From NCBI RefSeq assembly GCF_009914755.1, contig NC_060929.1: a DNA stretch of 64,000 nt. One strand, given 5' to 3'. The stretch is from the human T2T-CHM13v2.0 reference genome, Homo sapiens. Shown piece after piece: positions 1-18,188 of the stretch (positions are counted from its first letter, which is position 1; each line of letters opens with the position of its first letter). Below the pieces are notes generated by a model that worked only from the letters and a program-made list of their open reading frames with translations, searched no databases and was not told the DNA's origin. The position numbers and the translations under genes are program-made.

Positions 1-135
1 AGAAATATGAAGAAAGTTTATATGAATGCAAACAGTGCTTATGCATTTGGATTTGTATTCTTAGTGTGGTCTTATTTTCTTTGACCCCATCCTTCATAAT
101 TCCTAGTGTATGAGTGTGTTTTTTTTCTATAAATA

Positions 136-490
136 CAGTCATGCATTGCTTAATGACAGGGATACATTCTGAGAAATGCATTATTAGGCAATTTTGTCAT
201 TGCGGGCACATCAGGTGAGTGTACTTCCATATAGCTAGGTGGTATAGCCTACTACATACCTAGGCTGTGTGGTATAGATATAGCTTATTTTTCTTAGGCT
301 ACCAACCTGTACAACATGTTGCTGTACTGAATACTGTAGGCAATTGTAACACGATGGTAAGTATTTGTGTATCTAAACATATCTAAACGTAGAAAAGATT
401 CAGTAAAAATATGGTATTGTAATCTTATGGGACCACCATCCTATATGCAGTTTGTTGTTGATAAAAACATTGTTATGGGATGCATAGCTG
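136..490 (+). mobile_element. Tigger3a (MER7A-type) TcMar-Tigger non-autonomous DNA transposon fossil
   Basis: Begins cagtcatgcattgcttaatgacagggatacattctgagaaatg and ends gttatgggatgcatagctg; TA on both sides (134-135, 491-492); matches recalled Tigger3a consensus throughout. Confidence 0.85.
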
Positions 491-1418
491 TACAAGGACT
501 CCTATCTATTCCTACATGTACATACAACTATGTATACATACTCAAGTATACACTTCTATGAAGTGTAGTCGTATATATATATGTGTTTATATTTTCACTA
601 TCAATTCAGGAGTATGCCTTTTTACACATTCCTACTATGGAGTGTTATAGCTCCTGATAATTTATGCTAAGGTAGTTGTAAAGAATAACTCAATATCACT
701 TTAGTTTTATTTTATCTGACTACTGGTAAATTATAGCATTTTAATAAGTTAGTTGGATATATGCTTTTCCTCTTCTGTGAAATGTTTATTCATGCTCTTT
801 ATATCTCAAATGAATTATTTCTGTGCAACTTGTCAGTGAAAATTTCCTCGGGTATTATAGCCACAACCTTTGTCATCTGATTTTCAATTGTTTTAATGTC
901 TTTACTTACGTATGAATTTTTGTCAGTTTATTTGTTAGAACCTTTCAAGCTGTATATTTTCAAATTTGGCTCTATTTATTTTGTAACTTCTGGAATTCCA
1001 GTCTCATAGTCTGTCTCACTTTGTGTACCATGTAACCATCACCCTTTTTATGATTATTTTTGCAAGAGTTTAATATTGTATATTATTTAAATTTTTGCTT
1101 TAATCCATCCATAATATTTAATTTTGTAAATGTAAGAAATAAGACATTTTAACCCCCTTCGCCCCAAGGACAGCTAGCTTTGTCAATACAATTTATTGAG
1201 AATATTTTCTCATTGAGTAACCACCAAACTCTGTATGTACCTCCTATATCTAGGGATCTAATTCTGGATTCTCCACTCAGTTCCACTGATCCATATGTAT
1301 TTTTCTATACTAACACCACGTTAAATTTATCACGGACACTTTACAGCATATTCTGTTGCCCGGGAAGGTAGTTTTTTCCCCTCACTGTTCTTTTTCTACT
1401 TTATTTGACTATTTGTAA

Positions 1419-1850
<432 letters not shown>

Positions 1851-1976
1851 TGATAAATTCTTACACAGTTTTCCTTAGCATATTCCTTTAAATAGGTTTT
1901 TAAATTTTATAGTTTTTCTTGTTACTGTAAATGAAATTATTCTCTCTTTGATTTATAGCACTTATTATAAGACTAG

Positions 1977-2369
<393 letters not shown>

Positions 2370-2730
2370 TGAAGTCATTGGGTCACCAGAAAAAATTAAA
2401 AAATTCAATATGTGTTCTAATTATTAATTTTCCTGTCATTGCATTTAAAAATGTAGATACAATATTAAATCAAAATTATATTAACAGATATTACTCTCTA
2501 GTTTCTGATTTACTGTAAAATAGGTTTAATATCTCAATAGCATTAGTACAATATGTGCTTAGAGTTTATAATAATTGGTTTTTTTTTCATTAAATGTAAA
2601 GCCATTTACTTCTATTTCTACTTTAGTTAGAATTTCCACAAAGAATGGCTGGTTAATTTTTCCTGATGCTTTTCCAACATTTAATATGATATGACATTTT
2701 TTTCAATATGTCTATTATAAGATTTTTTAA

Positions 2731-3031
2731 GCTGGGCATGGTGGCTCATGCCTATCATACCACCAATTTAGTAGGCCAAGATGGGAGGATTGCTTGAGCC
2801 AGGGGGTTCAAGAACAGCCTGGGCAACACAGTGAGACCTTGTTTCTACAAAAAAATTTATATAATTGGCCAAGTGTGGTGGCACACACCTGTAGTCCCAG
2901 CTACTCAGGAGGCTGAGGCAGGAGGATCATTTGAGCTCTGGAGTTTGAGGCTGTAGTGAACTGTTACTGTGCCACTGCACTCCAGCTTGGGCAAGAGAAA
3001 GAGACCGTATCTCTAGAGAAAAAATAAAATA
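2731..3031 (+). mobile_element. AluJ
   Basis: gctgggcatggtggctcatgcct start; J diagnostics ggattgcttgagcc and gaggctgtagtga. Confidence 0.92.
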
Positions 3032-3420
<389 letters not shown>

Positions 3421-3569
3421 TTATTTCCTTTTCCTATATGTGTGATATATTGTCAAACGACTTGAAAATAGGTCACAAACATCATACTTCGTTTTAATAA
3501 CTATTATACAAATTCATAATATAATTATTACACATAATATAATTTCTTATTTGCTGTCTATATGTGCTT

Positions 3570-4985
3570 TTGAACAACTTTATTGAAGAATAATTTATAT
3601 TCAATAAAATTTACTTATTTTTAGTATATAGTTCAATTATTTTTTGTAAAGTTACTGAGTTGTACACATCAACACAATTCTATTTCAAGACATTTTTATC
3701 ATGCCAATAAGTTCCCTTCTGCCCATTAGCAACCACTCCCTAACACTTCACCACCTCCCAGCCCCAGGAAACTCTTACCTAATATCCATTGTTATAGATG
3801 GTCTATGGTAAGTGTGCCATGTAAATGGAATCATACTTACATGTGCTACTTTGAAATTGACTTAATTTACTTAATAAAATGCTTTTGAGGTTCATTCATG
3901 TAATAAGTATCAGAACTTTTTAAAATTATTATTAGTCAATTTTTTGCTGCTATAATGAGTGAATACTTATTTTTTTTTTTTTTAATGAGTGTATTTACCT
4001 CACAGTTTTGGAGGCTGAGAGGTCCAAGAGCATGCCACTGGCAACTAGCAAGGGCCTTCTTGCTACAACATAATATGGTGGAAGGGCAAGCAAGCCCAAG
4101 AGAGAGAAATTGGACCAAACCTATCATTTCTATCAGTATTCACTCCTACAATAATGGCATTATTCCATTCATGAGGACATCTAGTCACCTCTTAAATGTT
4201 CTGCCTCCCAGTACCATAAAATTGGCAAATAACTTTCAGTGAGTTTTGTTTGGTACATTCAAACTATAGCAATTAGAAAATAGTATTTTATTGTATGGAC
4301 ACAACATTTTGTTTATTCATCAGGTTGTGGTTGTTTGGGTTGTTTCAACTTTTTGGCTGTTATAAATAATGGTGCTATGAACATTCATATAGAAGTCTTT
4401 GTGTGGGTATATATGTTCACTTCTTGTGGGAGAATATCTAGATGTGGAATAGCTGAGTCTTATGGTAAATGTATATTTAACTGTTTAAGAAACTACCAAA
4501 CTGTTCTCCAAAGTTGGTGTACCATTTTACATTCTGGACTAGCAATGTACGAGATTCTAGTTTCTTTACATCCTTGTAAACACTTGTTACCATTTGTTTT
4601 TTAGTCTTTTAAATTAATTTTTAATTATTTAAAAAATTGAAGGAATTCTGTTGGAAGTAACATGTTATCTCCTTATATTAATTTGCATTATGCTGACAAC
4701 TAACAGTATTGAGCATCTTTTCATGTGCATGTGGCCTTTGGTGAAATGTCTATTCACATACTTAAACACATTTAAATTGGTTATTTGTCTTATTATTGGG
4801 TTGTAAGAGTTTTGATCTGGGGTACAAATTTTAATCAGAAATGCATTTTGTATATGTATTCTTCCTAACTGGTAGCTTGTGTTTTCACTTTCTTAATGGT
4901 GGCTTGAAAAGTACAATTTTAAAAATGAAATCTAATTTATTACCTTTAAAATTACTCCTCCTCTTTGTGCCATATCTAAAAAATC
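3570..4985 (-). mobile_element. L1MB7/8-like 3' end, interrupted by an MST LTR
   Basis: aacaactttattga...; tgctatgaacattcat; tatggtaaatgtatatttaactgtttaagaaactaccaaactg are typical of L1MB 3' regions. Confidence 0.7.
3927..4271 (-). mobile_element. MaLR solo LTR (MSTC/MSTD-like)
   Basis: ttagtcaatttt..tgctgctataa, ctcacagttttggaggctg..gtccaag, gggccttcttgct; ends cattcaaactatagca. Confidence 0.75.
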
Positions 4986-6204
4986 TAGAATAAGTAGATA
5001 GAATATTACTATGGAAAATCTGAACTAGTCACACAATTTGACCTAACTGAAAATTACACAACACTGCAATCAACACCAATATAAAATAGATTTTTATCAA
5101 ATACACACCAGACATGTATTGAATTAGATATATTCTAAACCATAAAGCAAGTCTCGGTAAGTTTAAAATGATGCAAGTCATAAAACATGGCTTATCTGAC
5201 TAAAATGAAATTAATTAGAAATTGACAATAGAAAAATATCTGTAAAAATTCCCAAATCATTGCAAACTAAATAACATACTTTTAAATAATCAACAAAGCA
5301 AAAAAAAATTAGAAGGAAAACTAAATAGTATTTTGCATTAACTGAAAATGAAAATACAATAACATATCAAAATTAATGGAATGCTACAAAAACAGTACCT
5401 AGGAGGAAATGTATAACACTGAAAGCCTATCTTAGGAAACAGGAAAAGTCTCAAAGGTCACTCAAGTCAGTGACTTCATCTTTTCCTTTAAAAAGCAAAA
5501 AGAAGAACAAATTAAACCCAAAGTAAGTAGAAGAAAGGTTATAATAAAGACCAGCATGGAAAGCAATAAATTATAAATCCGAAAAAATAATAGAAGAAAA
5601 TCAATGAAACCAGACGTTGTTGCAGCGAGATTAAGAAAATTGATGACATTCTACATTAATCATTTGATAAGTTAATCAGAAAAAGGAGATAAGACATACA
5701 TTTCCAATGTGAGAAAAGATGATATCACTATAAAATATACAGATATTAAAATGACAATAAGGGAATATTATGAACAGTATCATGCTAATAAATTTTTCAT
5801 GTTGGATGAAGTGGGCAATTTCTTGAATGACACAAAATAGGAAAGCTCACACAGGTAAGTATGGGTAATTGGAATAATTCTATGTCTATTTTAACAACTA
5901 GATTTGTAGTGAAAACTCCTTCTACAAAGAAAATCCTTGGTCCAGATGGCTTCCCTGAGGAATTCTGTCAAACATTTAAGGAAGAAAAAAAGAATCCTAA
6001 ATAAACTGTTTCGTAAAATTTAATTGGGAATATTCCTCACCTCTCTCTATGAAATCAGTATTATTGTTATATGAAAACTAGACAAAGAAATAATACAAAA
6101 AAATTGATAAATCAATATCCTTTGTAAAGGGTCAAAACCCTTAAAATGTTAGCAAATTTGCAAAAAACATTATATGAAAATCATAGTGCATGATGGCCAA
6201 GTAG

Positions 6205-8075
<1,871 letters not shown>

Positions 8076-8089
8076 TTAAAAATCAATGA

Positions 8090-8715
8090 ATGTCCTTTTA
8101 TTTTAGTGTGAGCTGTGCATAGTGACTTCCTTCTAATAAGTAAAGTAGGGAAACAGGGAGATAAATAGGATAAACTTATAGTAGAGAAATCTGACAATAC
8201 CTTAGACAAATGATCAAGGTCAACATCAACAGTTGTAAACCATATGGGTAGTATGTACTGTTAATATGATGTAATGAAAATTGTACATTACCTCAGTGAT
8301 TTTACTACCTAAAACCCATAATCTTAATCTAATCACAGGAAAAACTTCAGAAAAATTCCAATGAGGACATTTTATTAAATACCTAATCTATACTCTTCAA
8401 ACAATGGCCAAATACAAGGAAAGTCTAAGAAACTTACAGACAAGAGGAACCTAAGGTGACATGTATAAATGTAGTATGGTGCCCTGGATGGAATCCTGAA
8501 AAAAGGATGTTAAGGGAAAACCAAGGAAATCTGAATAAACTATGGATTTTAGTTAATAATATATCAATATTTTTCATCAGTTGTAGTAAACGTGTCATGG
8601 TGATCTAAGATATAATAATAGAGGACACTGGTGTAGAATATATGGTAACAGTATTTTCTCTAGTTTTCTTTAAATCTAAAGCTGCTCTAAAACTAAAGTC
8701 TATTTTAAATAAATT
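8090..8715 (+). mobile_element. L1MC3/L1MD3-like 3' UTR fragment nested in the host L1
   Basis: gtgtgagctgtgcatagtgacttccttc..., gatcaaggtcaacatcaacag, ctggatggaatcctg; flanked by repeated aaatcaatg. Confidence 0.7.
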
Positions 8716-9262
8716 AAATCAATGTAATTCCTCACATGAATGAACTTAAAAAAAAAAAAGATGGTCATCTCATTAGATGCCGAAAAAGCATTGACAAAAC
8801 CCATCATCCATTCCCAACAAAAACTCTCAGCAAACTGTAAATATAAGGGAACTTCCTCATGCCAGTAAAGAGTATCTGTGAAAAATATACAGCTAACATG
8901 ACATTTAATGATGAGCAATTGAATGCTTTTAACCTAAGATCATAAACAAGCAAAGAAGTTCTTTCTTACAACTTTCTTCACTTTGTATGGCATGTTTTAG
9001 CCAGTGGCATTATTTAAAAAAAGAAAAAGAAAAAAGTCATCCCAATTAGAAAGGAAGAAACAAAACTACCTTATTCATTGACTATATTATCATCTGTGTA
9101 TAAAATACTACTGAATTTTTTAAGGCTGCTATAACTAAGTGAATTTACCAATTTGGTATGATAGAAGCCCAATATAAAAATTCAGTTCTGTATACTAGCA
9201 AAAAACACTCAAAAATCATAATAAAATACAATTTCTGGTGACATAGAAAAAAACATAAAACA

Positions 9263-9410
9263 CCAGGTGCAATGGCTCAGACCTGTAATCCAAGCACTGT
9301 GGGAGGCCAAGGTAGGAGGATCGCTTGAGGCCAGGAGTTCAAGACCACCCTAGGCAACATACTGAGACCTAGTCTCTAATAAATAAATAATGAAATAATA
9401 TAAAAGAAAA
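9263..9410 (+). mobile_element. FLAM / free left Alu monomer
   Basis: Single Alu left arm (ggatcgcttgaggccaggagttcaagacc) followed by an A-rich tail. Confidence 0.85.
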
Positions 9411-9565
9411 TACAAAAGACTTAGAGATCAATATAATAAAAAAAGATAAGACACGTGTACCAAAATTTACAAATCATTTTAAGAGACATTAAAGAGGAAT
9501 TAAATGAATGTAGTGATGTGTTAATGAATAAAAATCCAATATTGTTTAAGAAGTCAGTTACTTGC

Positions 9566-9873
<308 letters not shown>

Positions 9874-10451
9874 TTACTTACAAGTGATATATGAATTTAT
9901 TAAAATTTTAATCGACATTCTAATAATGTTTATGTAAAAATTGATGAGCCATTTCTAATATTCATATGGAAATACAAACCTAGATAAAACCACTTTGAAA
10001 ATGAAAAACAATGTTGGAAGATTCACACTACAAATATCATTTTAAAGTTTCATTGATAAAGGCTGTGCTGACCAGAAGATAAATACTTTAATGGAATAGA
10101 ATAAAATGTCCAGGAATAGATTCTTACATATATATAGTCAATGGATTTTTGACAAATATAAAAAGGCAATTCAGTACAAAAAGAAAAATTTTCTCAACAA
10201 ATGATCTGAGACAATTGTATATCCACTTTCAAAAAATTGAACTTTGACCTGAAACTTTTATTATATGCATACATTAACTTGAATCATATACCTAAATATA
10301 AAATTTAAAATTATAAAACTTGTATAAGAAAATATAGGAGAAAAATTTGTTGACCTTGTTTTAGGCAAGAATTTATTTGGTGCAACATGAAAAGCATGCT
10401 ATCTAACTTTTATTTTCTTTTAATTGGAGTTAATCAAAATTAAAAATATCT

Positions 10452-10857
10452 TTTAATCTCTCAGACTTTGAACTGGAGAGAGGGAGAATGGATGTGAATA
10501 AGAGTGCGTCTGTGTGTATGTGTGTGTGTGAGAGAGAGAGAGACAGAGAGAGAAATTGAGCTTTCCTATAACAGCCAAAGATCATGATTATGGTTCAAGA
10601 CTTGAGGTTGGTTTTCTGGTTTGTATTCTTGCTTCCAGGCCTGTGGCTGTTGATTTCTACATATATTAAAAGTAGTTAAGTAATTTGGAAAAAAGATTGC
10701 AGGGATTTTGGAATTATGTTTTGGAAACATTACTTCTGTATTCTAGATTTTAGAAACTGTTACAAACTCTTTGTTCTTTGTTTGGTTCCATGCTAACCAT
10801 CTACTGTTAATTTTTATACACTTTAATGGGTTAATAAAATATAATACAACAGAAAGA
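10452..10857 (+). pseudogene. Candidate L1-mediated retrocopy (3' UTR-like fragment) or orphan 3' transduction
   Basis: 16-bp TSD aaaattaaaaa(t/c)atct at 10436-10451 and 10858-10873, AATAAA at 10833-10838, decayed A tail; not recognised as a repeat. Confidence 0.65.
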
Positions 10858-11479
10858 AAAATTAAAAACATCTACTCTTCAAAAAACAAAATAAAAAGAT
10901 AATCCACAAACTTGTACTTGTATCCAGAATATATAACGAGATCTCAAAACTCAACTATAACAAATTAAATAAAGCAGTTTTAAAAATATTGTACAAACAC
11001 TTCACCACTGAGAATGTGTGAATGAGAAATAAGCACCTGCAATGATGCTCAACATCATTACTCACTAAGGAAATACAAATTAAAACCACAATAAAATAAC
11101 ATCAAACATCTAGTAGAATGTCTAAAATTTAAGAGGAAAGCCCATAACCAATGATGGCAAGGAAATGAAGCAACTGGTAATTCCACATACTGCTGGTCAG
11201 AATGTAAAACGGTAAAATTGTTTTGAAAAACAATGTAGTAATTTCTTAAAAAGTTAAGTGTAGATCTTTCAAACAATTATATAATCCCATTCTTTGTCAT
11301 TTGACAAATGCATGTTTTAATACCACACTTGCCAATAAATATTAAGAGAAGCTTTAATTCTACTTTATTTGAAAATATAAAAATGGTCCAAATACCCCTC
11401 ATTAGGTCAATGGCCAAAAAAAAAAGAAGTAGTAGATACAATGGAACACTATTCAACATTAAAACATAATAAACACGTT

Positions 11480-14400
11480 AAATGGCTAACTGAAGGTGCT
11501 CGACACCTATCTCTTCCACAAAGAAAAATCAACACAACTATAAAACTAAACTTTAGGTAGAATATCTAAGGTACAACACTGAAATTTAGCAAGGAAGTGA
11601 TGGAAACCCTCTGAAGTGCAGAAACTCAGGGTGGCAGCATAGCAAGGGAAGCAAAGCACCCAGCCAGGATTGGCTTGGAACCAAAAAGGACTCTTCATTG
11701 CAGGTAATAGGTAAGTGCTAGATCCTCAGCTGCCCCCATTACTGCCATGTGTGCCTGCTACAGAAAAGCCCCACAGTTGTCACAGACCCTGAACCCAGTA
11801 TAGGGAGCTGCCTGGTGTCCACACAGCTACAATGCTGCAGGAAAGGAACTCATACTGGGTCCCCATTACCTTGGGAGCCAAGCTGCTATAGCTTGATGCC
11901 ATTTTGAGAACAGAGCCACTGTTGGAATGCATCCTTCCCTGGAGGGCCAATAGCCCCTGCATCTCTACATTCCACGGGCCTTGCTATTATCTCACCACAC
12001 CCACACAAAAGGCTGCAATACCACAACCCCAGTTAGACCCAGTGGTAAAACTGTTAACCTGGTACCTGTGGCCACGCATTGCTCTACACTCCAAAAAACA
12101 GATGGTCCAGCACAACGGGGAGACAACCCCCAAGACTGAGGGAACTGATGCATGCACTCCCCATTCCTAGGCCTGAGGACCAGCTGCTTGATGACCATAC
12201 TGCCAGCAATCCCACCCCTTGAGGAGCAGGGCCATCATGCACTGCATATACCTTCAGAGTTTGAGGACTCTACTGACCAGTATCCACTGCTTCTTGGAAA
12301 GCTGCCCCTGTGACCAGCAAAGCTGACACACCCAGCATGTTTCTCCGTAGTGACAAAGAATCATCTCACCCAGCAGCCCCTGCCCACAGTAAAGCCAAGC
12401 CACTGCCACCACAAACACCATCAGTCTAGGCCACTGAGCCACTCACAGATACTGCTAATATTGATTACAGATGAATAAATCGCACAGGACTATAATAATG
12501 CACCAACTCAGAACCAAAGCCAAAGTACCTTACTCATCCAACACCATAGGATACAACTACAGGAAAAAGCTTTTCCTTACAAAAGCTATCCAATATAATT
12601 TGAAGAGGTGACAATTCCACCAGATGTGCAGGTATCAAGATAGGAATACACACATACACTCACATTAAGAAAAAAAAAAATCTCTAAAGAAACTAATTCT
12701 CCAATAATAGGCCCCAAAGAAAAGAAAATCTATAATATGCCTGAAAAGAAATTCAAAATAATCATCATAAGGAAATATTTCGAGATACAGAAGAGTACAG
12801 ATAAACAATTCAACAAAATCAGGAAAACAATGTATAATCTGAAAGAGAAATTCAACAGAGATAGATATAGAAAAGAACCATACAGAATTGTTGGAGCTAA
12901 ATAATTCAATTAATGAAATTAAAAGATATAATTGAGAGCTGCAACAGAATAGATGACACAGAAGAAAAAATTTCTGAACTTCAAGACAAGTTTAAAAAAA
13001 ATCATACAAAATAGAAAAAAAAAGAAATAACAAAGTAAGCCAATGGAGTTATTGGACACCATTAAGAGAACTCATATTCGTATTATAGGAGCAACAAAAG
13101 GAGAAGCAATGGGAAATGGCATAAAAAACCTATTTAATGAAATAACAGTTGAAAACTCAAGTCTTAGGAAATATATGGATATACAGATACAGAAAGCTCA
13201 AAGTTCCCCAAATATATTCAGTACAAAAATGTCCTCTCTTAGGCACATTATATTGAAAATATCAAAAGTTAATGACAAAAAGAGAATTCTAAAACAGCAA
13301 AAGTGTCAAGTCACTCATAAAGGAATATCCATTAGACTAACAGCAAATTTCTGCAGAAACCTTACAGATGAGGTGAGAATGGGATGATATCTTCAGAGTA
13401 ATGGAAGAAAAATAAAACCTGTAAGCCAAGAATATGATACCCAGTAAGCTATTATTCAGAAATGAAGAAATAAAGTCTTTCTCAGAATAGCAACTCAGAG
13501 AATTCATCATCACTAGACCAGACTTACAAAAATGCTTAAGGTAGTTCTACATCTGAAAGTGAAAAGATGATAACCACCATCATGAACCCCCTACAAAAAA
13601 AAAACTCACTTTAGAGCAAATATACAAATGAGAAAATGAAAGGAATAAAATCCTATCACTGCAGGAAACCACCAAACCACAAACATAAATAAGAGAGAAT
13701 TCTTTAAAAAGATATACCAAACAACCAGAAAAAATTAACAAAATGGCAGGAGTAAGTCCTCAACTCATTAATAATAACCTTGAATGTAAATTGTATAAAT
13801 TCCCCAATTAAAAGATATACACTGGCTGAATGGATATTAAAAGTAAGAATGAACTATATGCTGCCTATAAGAAACTCACTTACCTGTGTAAATACATAGG
13901 CCAAAAGTTAAGAAATGGAAATACATATTCCACCTAAATTAAAACTAAAGCCAAGCAAGAGTAGTTTTACTTACATGCAATAAAATAAGCTTCAGGTAAA
14001 AACTGTAAAAAAGAGATAAAGTTAATAAATAATAAAGGCATCAATTTTGCAAAAAGATATCAAAATCATTAAGTATATGTGCATTCAACACTAGTCAATC
14101 AGATATAAAAAGCAAATATTAGCTCTAAAGAGAGAGAGAGACACCCTAATATAGTAACTCTTGGGAACTTTAACACCACACACTCAGCATTGGATATGTC
14201 ATCTAGACAAAATCAAGAAAGAAACATTAGATTTCAATTGTGCTACATACCACATGGACTGAGCAGACATTTACAGAACATTTCATCTAATGGCTCAAAA
14301 TACATATTATTCTCAGCAATGCATGTAACATTATCTAGGATAGACCATATCCTAGGCCACAAAACGTAGGTCACAAAACAAGTATCAACAAATTTTTAAA

Positions 14401-17400
14401 AATTAAAGTCCTATCAAGTATCTTCTCAAACCACAATGGAATAAAAGTAGAAATCAATAAGAAGAGAAATTTTGGAAACTTTACAAATGCAACTTTGGAA
14501 ATTACATGCTCCTGAAAGACAAATGGGTCAATGAAGAAATTAGAAGGGAAATTAAAAAATTTATTGAAGCAAATGAATATAGAAACACAACATAGCATAA
14601 CCTATGGGATTACAGCAAAAGCAGTGCTAACAGAGAAGTTTATAGCAATAAATGCCATCATCAAAATGTAGAAAGGTTTCAAATAAGCAACCTAACAATG
14701 CCTCAAGGCCTGGAAACTAGAAAAGTTTCTCAAGGAATTAGAGAAAAGGAAACTAAACTGAAAATTAGTAGAAGGAAAGAAATAATAAAGATCAGAGCAA
14801 AGCTAAACAAAATAGAAAAACGTTACAAAAGATCAGTGAAACAAAAATTGGTTTTAAAAAGATAGTCCAAATCTATAAACCATTAGATAAGATAAAGAGG
14901 TAAGGCCCAAATACACAAAATTAGGAGTAAAAAAGGAGACATTATAACTGATACCACAGAAATAGAAAGGATAGTTAGGATTATTATGAACAAGTATACA
15001 TCAACAAAAGGGAAAACTTAGAAGAAATTGATAAATTTCTGGACACATACAACCTACCAAGCCTGAACCAGGAAGAAACAGAAAACTGAATAAATCAGTA
15101 ATGAGTAACAAGGGTGAATCAGAAACAAAAGTCTCCCAACAACAACAACAACAAAAAAAAAGCACAGGGCTGGATAGTTTCACTGGTAAATTCTACCAAA
15201 CATTTAAGAATAACTAATGTCAATTCTTCTCAAACTATCCCAAAAAATACAAGAGGAGGAATTTCTTCCAAACTCATGCAGCAATGTCAGCATTATCCTA
15301 GTACCCAAACCAGAAAAGGGCACACACAAAAAATTACAGACATATATCCCTGATGAACATAGATGCAAAAATTTTCAACAAAATACTAACAAACCAAATC
15401 CAATAACATATCAAAAAATAATATGTCATGATGAACGAGATTCATGCAAGGGATGCAAGGGTGTTTCAGCATATGAAAACCAATAAATGTGATATACCAC
15501 ATCAATAGAATGAAAGACAAAAGCTATACGATAATCTCAATAGATACAGGCAATGCATTTGATAAAAATTAACACTGCTTCATGATAAAAAAACTCTCAA
15601 CAAATTAGGTATAGAAGCAACACAATAAAGACCATAGATGTCGAATCCATAGTTAGCATCATACTAAACTGGAAAAAGTTGAGAGGTTTTTCTCCAAGAA
15701 CTAGAAAAACGTAAGGATACTCACTTGTACCACATTTATTTAATGTAGAACTGGAAGTCCTAGAGAGAGCAATTAGGCAAGAGAAAGAAACAAAGGTCAT
15801 CCATATTGGAGAGGAGAAAGACAAATTGTTACTGTTTATAGACAACATGGTCTTATATAGAGAAAAAACTAAAGATTCCACCAAAAAACTTTTAGAACTG
15901 ATAAGTGAATTCAATAAAGTTGCAAGATGCATCAAAATATAAGCATGGGTAGCGTTTCTATATACCAGTAACAAAATGGATAAAAAAATCAAGGAAGCAA
16001 TCCCATTACAATAGCTACAAACTAAATAAATTATCTAGAAAAAATTTAACCGAGAGAGAAACATCTCTACAATGAAAACTATAAAATATTGGTAAAAAAG
16101 AGTACACACACACACACACACACAAAATAAAAAGACATCCCATGTTTGTGGATTGGAAGAATTAATTTTTTAAATGACCATATTACCCAAAGTGATCTAC
16201 AGATTGAATACTATCCCTATCAAAATACCAATGACACTCTGCACAGAAATAAAAAAACAATCCCCACATTTTTATGGAACCACAAGAGAACCCAGATAGC
16301 CAAACCAATCCTGAGCAAAAAGAGCAAAGCTGGAAGCATCCCACTATCTGACTTTAAAATGTACTACAAAGCTGTTGTCACAAAATAGCATGGTACTGAC
16401 ATAGAAACAGACATAGATGGACTGGAACAGAGGACTCAGAAATAAATCTACCTATTCACAACCAACTGATATTTGACAAGGGTGCCAAGGACATACATTG
16501 GGGGAAGAAAACAGTATCTTCAATAAATGGTGCTAGGAAAACTGGATATCAATATGCAGAAAAATGAAACTAGACCCCTATCTGTCACCATATCAAAAAA
16601 TGAAATCAAATAGGTGGAGTCTTAAATGTGAGACCCAAACTATGAAACTCCTGGAACAAACATAGGAGAAATACTTCCAGACATTGGTCTGAGCAAAGAT
16701 TTTATGGGCAAGACTCTGAAAGCACAGGCAGCAAAAACAAAAATAGACAAATGAAACTATATCAAACTAAAAAAGCTCTGCACAGCGAAATAAATGATCA
16801 ACAGAGTGGAAAGACAGCCTGCATAACAGGAGAAAATATTTGCAGATTATTTATCTGACAAGAAACTAATATCCAGAATATTCAAGGAACTCAAACTTCA
16901 AACAAACATATAATCCAATTTAAAAAATGACCAAATGTTCTAAATAGACATTCTCAAAAGGAGACATACCAATTGATAACAGGTTTATGGGGGGAAATGC
17001 TTAACAACACTAATAATCAGAGAAATTCAAATAAAAACTACCATGAGAAATCATCTTACCTCAGTTAAAACGACTATTAGCAAAAAGATAAAAAATAACC
17101 AATGTTGGTGAGGATGTGAAGAAAGGGGAAGTTTTACACACTGTTGGTGGGAATGTAAATGGATACAGCTATTATGAAAAAAAGTTTTGAGGTTCCTCTA
17201 AAATCGAAAAATAGAACTAAGATATGATTCAGCAATTCCACTACTGAGTATATATTCAAAAGAAAGGAAGTCACTATCAAAGAGACAGCTATCAAAGAGG
17301 TAGCTGCACCCTCATGTTTATCAGAGCACTATTCACAATAGCTAAGACGTCCATCCACAGATGAATGGATAGAGAAAAGGTGGTATATATTCACAAGGAA

Positions 17401-17900
17401 ACACTATTCAGCCATAAGAAAGCATGAAGTCCTGTCATTTGTGGCAACGTCAGTGGACCTGGACGATATCGAGTAAAGTGAAATAAGTCAGGCACAGATA
17501 AATAAATTCTGCATGTTCTCACTCTTTTGTTGCAGTGAATAAATTGGGTTTCATAGAAGTAAAGAGTAGAATATTTGCTACTAGAGGCTAGGAAGGGCAA
17601 GGGAGAGATGAGTATAGGGAGAGGCTGGATATTGAATACAAAATTATACGGCTAGATAGGAGGAAAAAGTTCTAGTGTTCTATAGCCCTGTAATGTGACT
17701 ATGATTAACAATAAAAATTTATTATATATTTTCAAGAGCTAGAAGAGAGGATTTTCATGATACATGATACATGTTTCAGGTAAAAAATATGTTAATTACC
17801 TTGATTTGATCATTTTTTCATTGTAAACGTGTTAAAATATCACACTATACCACATAACGAAGCACAATTATTATGTGCCTATTAAAAATGATAATAAAAA
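11480..17900 (+). mobile_element. Near full-length, decayed L1MA4-like element
   Basis: GC-richer 5' UTR 11480-12700; ORF1 remnant (13043..13387 ...HKGISIRLTANF); ORF2 remnants; 3' UTR gctagataggaggaaaaagttctagtgttctatagc; many stops and frameshifts. Confidence 0.85.
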
Positions 17901-17956
17901 TGTCTTCACTTTTAAATAAATTTACCTTTTTTTATTTAAAAAATTAAAAATTGCAA

Positions 17957-18188
<232 letters not shown>

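Noticed and set aside
17274-17305. 15-bp tandem duplication ctatcaaagag(ac/gt)ag in the L1MA4-like element
   Set aside because: An ordinary slippage duplication in a dead element.
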